DNA from: Phycisphaerae bacterium
Lineage (GTDB): Bacteria > Planctomycetota > Phycisphaerae > FEN-1346 > JAACEH01
Direction of reading: 5' to 3'
Assembly: GCA_012729015.1 (NCBI GenBank)
Contig: JAAYDY010000072.1
Span: forward strand, 8,920-72,919
DNA length: 64,000 nucleotides
Both the position numbers and the translations under genes were made by a program. Shown in pieces: positions 56,870 through 64,000 of the stretch (the stretch's first letter is position 1; every line of letters starts with the position of its first letter). Under the pieces are notes generated by a model. That model was not told the DNA's origin and searched no databases. It saw only the letters and a list, made by a program, of their open reading frames with translations.

Positions 56870-57891
56870 ATCTTCTTCGCCTCAACCTCCCACACACCCC
56901 TTGCCTCGTCAACGCAGGCTGTAATGATCTCGGATGGGAGGAACGCCTTGATCACCTCGATGTTCGTCGTCGTATGCCTGCTCGGCGCCACCGTGCGGAA
57001 CCGTCCGCCGGCGGTGGCCATCAGCACCAGCAGTTGATCGGCCAGATGCTCGCCAACGGGCACCCCCGCGGCCAGGTAGCGCCGCACTTCTTTGGCAACC
57101 TTCTCGGCCACGGCCTCGGCTCGCACGCCGTGCTGGCCGAAGCCGGTGAAGACCTCCGTCACGTTCTCGCTCTCGACCTCGATGAGCACGACGTTGCCTG
57201 GCCCGACCGGGTCCTTGACGAAGACGATGTCCGGCGGATCGACCACGAGGCCGAGCCTCTTGCCGACCACCTTCAGCTCGCGCAGGGCGATGTCCATCGG
57301 CAGTTGTGACACGATGGCCGTGGCCCGTTTACGGTGGATCTCGCCGCGTTCGACCAGTTCTAGCGGCGCGAGCTGGGCGACCGGGTCGATGGTCACGCGG
57401 AACCGCCCGCCGCCCGCCGGGTAGAAGCCGTAGCGATCCAGTTCAACGCGGACCTTCGGCCCCATGCGGCCCACCAGCGGCAGGAACGCCCGCTGGAGGA
57501 AATCGAACGGCGGCGCCCACGGATTGTGTGTGCCGCCCTCCAGGAGCAGCGTCGACCGCTCCTTGGCCACGAGCAGTGCCGGCAGCACGGTCTGAAGCAC
57601 CAGCGTGGCGCTGCCGGCCGTGCCGACGGCGAACTCGTAGTGCCCGCCGGAGACCATGCACGGCGTGAACGTCAGTTCCTGCGAGCCGATCGCATCGCCA
57701 ACAACCTCAGCCCCGCAGATGCCCTTAGCGGCCCGCACGGCCGTCAGGTGCTGGCGCAGAAGGCCCGGTCGGTCGCGTCCGGCGCGAATCTTCTCGATGC
57801 GGAATGGCTGCCCGGTGAGCATGGACAGAGCCAGGCTTGTCCGCAGGACCTGTCCGCCGCCTTCACCCATGCTGCCGTCGATGGTAATCAT
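56866..57891 (-). CDS. rtcA: RNA 3'-terminal phosphate cyclase
   Basis: ORF 56866..57960, trimmed to MITIDGSMGEGGGQVLRTSLALSMLTGQPFRIEKIRAGRDRPGLLRQHL, the canonical RtcA N-terminus. Confidence 0.9.
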   Translation of the reverse strand: MITIDGSMGEGGGQVLRTSLALSMLTGQPFRIEKIRAGRDRPGLLRQHLTAVRAAKGICGAEVVGDAIGSQELTFTPCMVSGGHYEFAVGTAGSATLVLQTVLPALLVAKERSTLLLEGGTHNPWAPPFDFLQRAFLPLVGRMGPKVRVELDRYGFYPAGGGRFRVTIDPVAQLAPLELVERGEIHRKRATAIVSQLPMDIALRELKVVGKRLGLVVDPPDIVFVKDPVGPGNVVLIEVESENVTEVFTGFGQHGVRAEAVAEKVAKEVRRYLAAGVPVGEHLADQLLVLMATAGGRFRTVAPSRHTTTNIEVIKAFLPSEIITACVDEARGVWEVEAKKM

Positions 57892-57969
57892 TGCTGCACC
57901 TGAGACACGTTGTTCATAACACTCTGAGGGGGCCGGGCCCGATTGCCCGGCCCCCATCATAGCAACTAT

Positions 57970-59070
57970 TCACAGTAAGTTAACCACGCGGTCGGCCAGA
58001 CCCTTCTCGCCGAGGACCACGTTGAGCTTCGAGTTGCCGGCCACCTTCTCCAGCACCTCCAACTCCCTGAGCCGCATCAGCACCGGGCTGTCGGCCAGCA
58101 GCCGCGCCGTGTTGGCCTGCGACCGCATGGCGGCGGTCTCCTCCCGGCGGGCGATCAGGTTGGCCTCGGCCGCCTTCTTGGCTTCGGTCACCTTGTTCAT
58201 CAGCTCCTTCATCTCGCCCGGCAGGATGATGTCCCGCACGCCCAGCGACACAATCCGCAGGCCGAACTGGGCCGCTCGCTCCTTCACGGTCGCCTCCAAC
58301 TCGCGAGCCACCGCGTCCTTGTCGGCGAGCAGCGTGTCGAGTTCCTTCGCCCCGACAATCGCCCGCAAGGCCAACTGGGCCTCGCGGTAGAGGGCCTGCT
58401 TCACATCCTCGGTCGCGGCGACGGTGAGCGGCGCGTCGGCCACCCGGAAGGTCACCACCGCGTTCAGCCGCAGGGTGACCTTGTCGGCGGTCATGATGTC
58501 CTGGCCAGCTACGTCGAGCACGCGCTCGCGCATGTCGACCTGGAAGACGCGGACCTTTCGCGAACTCTTCCAGAAGGCGTGCCGGCCCGCCGGCAGCGTC
58601 TCGGTGAAAACGCCGTCCTCGTAGAGGACACCGACGTGGTCCTCCTCGACCGTGACGATTTCCAGTGCCTCCGCCGAAGTCTCCTTGGCCACGATGGCCG
58701 CGAGTTCCTTGTGCCGGAAACGCACGGTCCGGGCGTCGACGATCTCGGTGTGAATCTTCCGCTGGCCGGTCCAGATGGCATACAGGCCCGCGCGCAACAC
58801 GGTGGCGAACCGGCCGTCGATCCAGACGAGGGCCCGCTGGTGGTCCTCGATGTCCAGCACTGTGGCCAGACCCTCAAGGGCGCCCGAGCGGACGATCATG
58901 TCGAGCTTCTCGTGGCAGAGCCACGGCGCCCGCTGCGAGACCACGTCCACGCGGACCTTGCCCGGCAGCGACACGAACCAGTGGCGGGCCGTGCCCAGGA
59001 GCCCCCGGAACTCGCCGTCCCGGAAGTACAGTCCCTTCTCGTAGCTGTGGATCTTCACGGTCTTCAACAT
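57970..59070 (-). CDS. SPFH/band-7 (slipin/stomatin-like) protein, first CDS of the rtc operon
   Basis: 366-aa ORF with AAGGGAGA as RBS. The band-7 core is DIMTADKVTLRLNAVVTFRVADA...ALRAIVGAKELDTLLADKDAV...GLRIVSLGVRDIILP. Confidence 0.85.
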   Translation of the reverse strand: MLKTVKIHSYEKGLYFRDGEFRGLLGTARHWFVSLPGKVRVDVVSQRAPWLCHEKLDMIVRSGALEGLATVLDIEDHQRALVWIDGRFATVLRAGLYAIWTGQRKIHTEIVDARTVRFRHKELAAIVAKETSAEALEIVTVEEDHVGVLYEDGVFTETLPAGRHAFWKSSRKVRVFQVDMRERVLDVAGQDIMTADKVTLRLNAVVTFRVADAPLTVAATEDVKQALYREAQLALRAIVGAKELDTLLADKDAVARELEATVKERAAQFGLRIVSLGVRDIILPGEMKELMNKVTEAKKAAEANLIARREETAAMRSQANTARLLADSPVLMRLRELEVLEKVAGNSKLNVVLGEKGLADRVVNLL

Positions 59071-59492
59071 GCTCGTCTCCCTTCTGCTTTCTTGCTGCTC
59101 TCACTTGCGATCTTCATTGACGTTCTTCATCATCTCCGCCGGCGATAGGGTCGTCCGGAGGCGGGCTGGTCGTCCGAGCCACGCAGCCTGCTTGCGGAGC
59201 GTGCTTGAGGGGCCTCGCGGGTCCGTCCTTCCGGCGGGTTCGTGCCCGCGGCCATTGCCACCGAGACTGCTGGTCGCACTGCCGCCGCACGTTGCCTGCC
59301 GGTCGGCACGAACTTCTGTGGCGCCGGTATCCGCACGCTACAGGGCATCGGACCGCGCTGCTGTCGGATGGGCGACGTGATCGGCAGCGATCCTCGTCTT
59401 CCCCCCTCCGACAGCCGGTCGGCCGCCTGCCCGCCTCCTTCGGACCAGTCTCGGGTGTCGCATCGCTGCGACGGAGCAGGTTCACAGCCTGC

Positions 59493-59564
59493 GGTTCGGT
59501 GCGGGATTCGAACCCGCAACAGCCAGATTCTGCGCCTGGTGCTCTACCATTGAGCTACCCGATC
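59493..59564 (-). tRNA. tRNA-like gene with a non-canonical anticodon loop and imperfect acceptor stem (pseudo-tRNA or regulatory tRNA mimic)
   Basis: The reverse strand folds as GAUCGGG-UA-GCUC-AAUGGUA-GAGC-A-CCAGG-CGCAGAA-UCUGG-CUGUU-GCGGG-UUCGAAU-CCCGC-ACCGAAC-C. D and T arms are perfect. Position 33 is G instead of U, the anticodon would be CAG (Leu) on a short-variable-arm body, and there are two acceptor mismatches (A2-A71, G7-A66). No CCA is encoded. Confidence 0.6.
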
Positions 59565-59740
59565 GTCTGACACCACCTTCGTCAGAACCCGTGCGCGGAA
59601 CGCGTAGGGCTGATCGCGTGGTCGCTGCCACAAGGCACACCACGAACGAAGCCCGACGTGCCGCCGGCCCGGCGGAATCAGTCTTCACTTGTCATGGAAA
59701 TCCGCCCAGGACATCGGGCGGCCTTCACGCCTGATTCTAC

Positions 59741-59757
59741 AAGCAGATGCCGTGCCA
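59741..59757 (-). promoter_or_regulatory. Sigma54 (-24/-12) promoter for the rtc/RNA-repair operon
   Basis: The reverse strand reads TGGCACGGCATCTGCTT against the consensus TGGCACG-N4-TTGCW, with a single mismatch at the first T of TTGC. It lies in the rtcR-rtc divergent region, as expected for an RtcR-dependent promoter. Confidence 0.65.
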
Positions 59758-59880
59758 CAAGTCCGAGGCAGGCAAAGAAAAACCCTAACCCGTTGCCATT
59801 CCGCAGGTTCCAACTCGCATGGCCAAGGTGGCTGTTTTGAGGCTTGCTATCTCAAATGATAAGTGGTTATCCTAGCGGCT

Positions 59881-61488
59881 ATGAATCCCAAGAAGACGGT
59901 CATCTTCGGTCTGCTGGGCACGGTGCTTGACGGGGCTGGCAAGCGCGAGGACCGCTGGCAGAAGTGGCGGCCCACGGTCTCACTCTTTCAGCACGAGGAG
60001 TTGCTCGTACACCGCTTCGAGTTCCTGCACGACGAGATCCGTGACGGCTTGGCAGGCCGCGTGGCCGCGGACATTGCCACTGTCTCCCCCGAAACGAAGA
60101 TCTGCCAGCACAAGGTGCAGTTCCGCGACCCCTGGGACTTCGAAGAGGTCTACGGCACCCTCCACGACTTCATGCACGCCTATCGCTTCGATCCGGATCG
60201 GGAGGATTACCTGATCCACATCACCACCGGCACCCATGTGGCCCAGATCTGCATGTTCCTGCTGGCCGAGTCGCGGGCCTTCCCTGGCAAGCTCATCCAG
60301 ACTGCCCCGCCACACCGCAGTCGGAGGCCGAATACCGGCAGCTATACAATCATCGACCTCGACCTGTCGAAGTACGACCGCCTCGCCTCGCGCTTCCGCC
60401 AGAAAATGCGCGACGACGTGTCCTACCTCAAGTCCGGCATCGAGACCCGCAACGCCGAGTTCAACCGCCTGATCGAGCGGATCGAGCGCGTCGCCCTGCA
60501 CTCCACGGCGCCGCTGCTGCTGACCGGACCCACCGGCGCCGGCAAATCGCTCCTGGCCCGCCGCATCTACGAACTCAAGCACCAGAGGCGTCAGGTGGCC
60601 GGACCGTTCGTCGAGGTCAACTGCGCCACGCTGCGCGGCGACGCGGCCATGAGCGCCCTGTTCGGTCACGTCAAGGGCGCCTTCACCGGCGCCGTCAGTG
60701 ACCGGCCGGGGTTGCTCCGCGCTGCCGATGGCGGGATGCTCTTTCTCGATGAGGTCGGCGAACTCGGCACTGACGAGCAGACGATGCTCCTGCGGGCCGT
60801 GGAAGAGAAGAAGTTCCTACCCCTCGGCAGCGACCGCGAGGTGGCCAGCTCGTTTCAACTGGTCTGCGGCACCAATCGCAATCTCCAGGCCGACGTCGCC
60901 CAGGGGCGGTTCAGGGAGGATCTGTTGGCCCGGATCAACCTCTGGACGTTCCGCCTGCCGGGCCTGCGGGACCGCACGGAGGACATTCCGCCAAACCTCC
61001 AGTATGAGCTTGACCAGTTCGCCCGCTCGACGGGCGCCCACGTGACCTTCAACAAGGAGGCCGCGAGCCGCTTCCTGGCCTTCGCCGCCTCGAGCGAGGC
61101 CGCCTGGACCGCCAACTTCCGCGACCTGAATGGGGCGGTGGTCCGCATGGCCACGCTGGCCCCCGGCGGACGGATCACGGTCGGGGAGGTCGAGGAGGAG
61201 ATCGCCCGGCTGAAGGCCGCTTGGCGGCGCGAGGCGATGACCGGCTCCGATGAAGACGTCCTGCGCAGGATGCTGTCCGACGAGCAGTTCGACGAGTTGG
61301 ACCGTTTCGACCTCGTCCAACTGGCCGAGGTCATCCGCACTTGCCGTCACTCGCGATCCCTGTCCGACGCCGGCCGCGCCCTCTTCGCCGCCAGCCGCCG
61401 CCGGAAGAGCAGCGCCAACGACGCCGACCGCCTCCGCAAGTATCTGGCCCGGTTCGGCATCGACTGGCACGACCTGTTCAGGGAATGA
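59881..61488 (+). CDS. rtcR: Sigma54-dependent transcriptional activator RtcR (CARF-like N-domain + AAA+ + HTH)
   Basis: ORF 59863..61488, trimmed to MNPKKTVIFGLLGTVLDGAG...WRPTVSL (RtcR-type N-terminus). AAA+ motifs are LLLTGPTGAGKSLLARRIY, GMLFLDEVGEL, the GAFTGA loop (HVKGAFTGA) and FREDLLARINLWTFRLPGLRDR. Confidence 0.9.
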   Translation: MNPKKTVIFGLLGTVLDGAGKREDRWQKWRPTVSLFQHEELLVHRFEFLHDEIRDGLAGRVAADIATVSPETKICQHKVQFRDPWDFEEVYGTLHDFMHAYRFDPDREDYLIHITTGTHVAQICMFLLAESRAFPGKLIQTAPPHRSRRPNTGSYTIIDLDLSKYDRLASRFRQKMRDDVSYLKSGIETRNAEFNRLIERIERVALHSTAPLLLTGPTGAGKSLLARRIYELKHQRRQVAGPFVEVNCATLRGDAAMSALFGHVKGAFTGAVSDRPGLLRAADGGMLFLDEVGELGTDEQTMLLRAVEEKKFLPLGSDREVASSFQLVCGTNRNLQADVAQGRFREDLLARINLWTFRLPGLRDRTEDIPPNLQYELDQFARSTGAHVTFNKEAASRFLAFAASSEAAWTANFRDLNGAVVRMATLAPGGRITVGEVEEEIARLKAAWRREAMTGSDEDVLRRMLSDEQFDELDRFDLVQLAEVIRTCRHSRSLSDAGRALFAASRRRKSSANDADRLRKYLARFGIDWHDLFRE

Positions 61489-61686
61489 CGCCCACGAACC
61501 AGGAGGCCCGATGGCCTGTTACGGCCGCATCGCTCCGGGCCCTCTACGCTCGGGGGTGCTCTTCGGCCACAATGCTTGCCGATCGCTATCTGGCCCCTTA
61601 TACTTCCGCATTCGCACTGGGATGGAGCCCGGCAGGCAGTCTGTCGGTTGGCCTCGTTTCTGTGCGACATACCGACGGAGTGCCTG

Positions 61687-62745
61687 ATGAGCAGGACGAA
61701 CGAGGATCGCGAGAAGACTGATGACCGGTCAGCCGTAAAACGGGCCAACCTGGTCGATTTCTGGCTGCGGGACAGCGATCTCTGGTTGCTTCTGACCGGC
61801 ACGGTCGCCGCCCCGGCAGCGACTGCCGGAGAGAATCGAATCTCGCCCACCTGGATCGCCTGGGCCAAGCGGACGGTGATGGATGTCAGTTTCGTGCCCG
61901 CCCGTTCTCGGAGCAAGCCCGAGGCGGGGCTCAGCCGCGATGACGCGCTGACGCTGTACCTGTGCCGGCTAATGAGAATTCGCGACTCGATGGACCCCGA
62001 TGGCGACCCGGTGCGTCACAGCGCCGTAGAACTGGAGAACCTACTGCTCGGCGCGGCCCATGCCGCCCACCTGGGGATCGACCTGTGCCGGCTGGACAGC
62101 CCCGACCGCGGCGGCAGCGAAAGCGTTCTGGGCCATGCCCTGCACGTGGGCGTGATTCAGGCGTACCCGGCCGGCACTGAACAGACTGCCAAGCCCGGCA
62201 ACCGGCCGGCAATCACCTACGGACTGACGATGCTGGGTAAGAACGCCGTCGATGAGGCCAATGCCCCACCGCCGTTTCGGTGGTCGCCGGAAGACGTGGC
62301 GGAGTCGGATTGGCCGGATGACGACTCGGATGAGTCCTACGATGCTCTGTGGCAGAGGACGCCACTGAAGCTCTCCGCGAGGAGAAAAAGCCTGATGGCC
62401 CGCCTCGGCATCGAGCCGGACCGCCACGACGCGAAAGTCATCCACTGGTTCGGCAAACGCCTCTATCTCGGCGGCGAGCATACCCAGATCGCACAGCTGT
62501 TCTGGCTGCTTGCCGGACGTATCGGGCACACCTGCCCCTGGAGCGAGGTGTGTGTCGCGGTCTTCGGCAGGAGCGTCCACGAAGAAGCCCGCAGGCGTGA
62601 GGTGAAGAAGATCCGGCAGCACGTGCGTCAGGTCGTCAGCAAACTGCGCAACCAGCTGAAGGAAAAGAAGATCGACGACCACGTTTCCATCACCTGCGAG
62701 AATCCCAAGGAGCTCCCGTCCTACACGATGCACCTGCGGTCCTGA
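61687..62745 (+). CDS. Hypothetical protein with possible C-terminal winged-helix (OmpR-like) DNA-binding region
   Basis: ORF 61576..62745, trimmed to MSRTNED.... The C-terminus (GKRLYLGGEHTQIAQLFWLLAGRIGHTCPWSEVCVAVFG...VRQVVSKLRNQLKE) resembles a trans_reg_C-type wHTH. Confidence 0.4.
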   Translation: MSRTNEDREKTDDRSAVKRANLVDFWLRDSDLWLLLTGTVAAPAATAGENRISPTWIAWAKRTVMDVSFVPARSRSKPEAGLSRDDALTLYLCRLMRIRDSMDPDGDPVRHSAVELENLLLGAAHAAHLGIDLCRLDSPDRGGSESVLGHALHVGVIQAYPAGTEQTAKPGNRPAITYGLTMLGKNAVDEANAPPPFRWSPEDVAESDWPDDDSDESYDALWQRTPLKLSARRKSLMARLGIEPDRHDAKVIHWFGKRLYLGGEHTQIAQLFWLLAGRIGHTCPWSEVCVAVFGRSVHEEARRREVKKIRQHVRQVVSKLRNQLKEKKIDDHVSITCENPKELPSYTMHLRS

Positions 62746-63352
62746 GGCCGCCCCGGGCCGCGCCGCCTCGGCCCCGCGGATGATTTCTGCGATTTCCCGC
62801 CAGAAACTCGAATAGCGCGCAGGAATAGTCACAGAATCTCCCTCCTTCATAAATAGAGGGACGTCGCGGCGGCGGCGTGCCGTTCGGGCTCGGTCCGCGC
62901 GGTGGCCGGCGCTGCGCACTCCATCCATGCGTGGCTTCTCGCGATCCACCTGCAACGCCAAAAACGCCCCGCCGGGGAGGTGGTCCACGTGGCGAGTGGA
63001 CACTTTTCGCCGCCACGGGGTAAGTAACGAATAGGGGCACTGTTCTCTGCGGCGGCCAGCCAGGCGATCTGAGGTGGTGCGCCTTGAGCTGCGAGACCGG
63101 CGGAAACGCATCGTCCTGCGGTGTTGCGCCGCGGTCCGAGCCACGGTCCGCAGACGCGGCGTTTTGAGGATATGCCTCGTGGCGTGGAAGAAGAATCCGG
63201 GAATTCACCTGACAGATTCGGTCCAGCTGCAGAAGTAGAGGACGGGAAGAACAAGCGGTCTGCCGACACGGGGCGCCCCGTGGCTCCGGGCGGTCCGGTG
63301 CTGTTGACAAAGAGGAGAGCCATCGAGGCCATCCACCAACGAAAGGAGACTT

Positions 63353-64000
63353 ATGGTCGCATTAGCCCAGATGCTTGACGTGGCAGTATTAGCCCGGTCG
63401 TACCTGACCGAGGGCCTCTGTGTTCTGCCGGCGGAGCCGGAGCGCAAGTTCGTCTCGCAGTCGGTCGGGGCATGGAAGCCCTGTCAGAACCGGTTGCCAA
63501 CCGAGCAGGAACTGGACGCCTGGCTGACCAACCGGCCGGGCGGGCTCTGCCTGGTCTGCGGCGCGGTCTCCGGCAACCTGGAGGCCATCGACTTCGACCT
63601 GGCCGGCGAAGCCTTCGAGCCGTGGCGGCGCAAGCTCCGTGAGGCCGCTCCGGAACTCCTCGAACGCCTGGTGATCGAGCGAAGCCCGTCGGGCGGCTGG
63701 CATGTCTTCTACAGGTGCCACGGGCCGGTGTGCGGCAGCATCAAGCTGGCCCAACGAAAGCACCTGGTGCCCAACGGTGACCCCGTGGTCATCACCGGCA
63801 AGCGCTACGAGCCCCGCCAGGACGCTGCCGGCCAGTGGCACGTGATGCTGACGCTGATCGAGACCAAGGGTGAGGCGGGATTGGTTCTCTGCGATCCGAC
63901 GCCGGCATACGAACTGACGCAGGGTCAACTCACCGACCTGCCCGTGATCACCGAGGCCGAACGGGAGATGCTCCTGGAGGCCGCCTGGTCGCTCAACGAG
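63353..64000 (+). CDS. Bifunctional DNA primase/polymerase (Prim-Pol N-terminal domain) protein; 3' end runs off the window
   Basis: Not in the ORF track because it has no stop. ATG at 63353 after AAGGAGA. My translation reads MVALAQMLDVAVLARSYLTEGLCVLPAEPERKFVSQSVGAWKPCQNRLPTEQELDAWL...GLCLVCGAVSGNLEAIDFD...SPSGGWHVFYRC, typical of plasmid/phage Prim-Pol proteins. Confidence 0.7.
   Translation, partial: MVALAQMLDVAVLARSYLTEGLCVLPAEPERKFVSQSVGAWKPCQNRLPTEQELDAWLTNRPGGLCLVCGAVSGNLEAIDFDLAGEAFEPWRRKLREAAPELLERLVIERSPSGGWHVFYRCHGPVCGSIKLAQRKHLVPNGDPVVITGKRYEPRQDAAGQWHVMLTLIETKGEAGLVLCDPTPAYELTQGQLTDLPVITEAEREMLLEAAWSLNE

Noticed and set aside
59114-59519. ORFs 59114..59485 and 59130..59519 in the rtc leader
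   Set aside because: They are Arg/Pro/Gly-rich and low in complexity. They overlap the tRNA-like element and strong hairpins and have no RBS, so they are most likely non-coding.
59493-59564. Interpreting the tRNA-like element as a canonical YrlA-type Y RNA
   Set aside because: There is no Ro/TROVE (rsr) gene in the operon. The element also has a closed anticodon-like hairpin and an open acceptor end, which is tRNA topology rather than Y-RNA topology.

Overview
High-GC bacterial chromosomal window; I cannot assign a taxon from the sequence alone. No rRNA and no CRISPR array were seen. Many long ORFs in the supplied track are antisense shadows of real genes, and two edge-truncated genes are missing from the track and were found by hand translation. 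Layout: (1) 1-8.8 kb housekeeping: a hybrid sensor kinase running off the left edge, a FAH-family hydrolase, a secreted beta-helix protein and gdhA. (2) 9-39.5 kb, a large defence/accessory island. It holds an HExxH protease gene coupled to a 1851-aa pseudokinase/DUF4011/Upf1-like helicase/REase/WGR protein. Next is a lower-GC mosaic of immunity-like genes punctuated by three copies of the 3' end of a GH5-like gene and an integrase remnant. Then come AbiE-type and HipS-like toxin-antitoxin remnants flanked by hairpin repeats. Last is a 15-kb co-directional block: an unknown/PLD-nuclease/SNF2-helicase operon followed by a type I R-M operon with three extra genes wedged between hsdR, hsdS and hsdM. 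(3) 40-43.5 kb: an NrtR-controlled NAD salvage operon (nrtR, ADP-ribosylglycohydrolase, pnuC, nadR). (4) 43.7-47.2 kb: SUFU-like and NERD/zinc-ribbon genes. (5) 47.5-61.5 kb: an unusually large RNA-repair cluster. Divergent rtcR faces a near-consensus sigma54 promoter, a non-canonical tRNA-like element in the long leader, then SPFH, rtcA, rtcB, hen1, five accessory genes and pnkp. (6) 61.7-64 kb: the start of a mobile element with a primase-polymerase running off the right edge. The best candidates for undescribed biology are the tRNA-like RNA inside the RtcR-controlled leader together with the fused Rtc + Pnkp/Hen1 operon, the cyclase-like/HEPN-like/TM trio inside the hsd operon, the unknown-PLD-SNF2 operon, and the protease + giant helicase pair. 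All functional calls rest on motif reading by eye and need profile searches to confirm.
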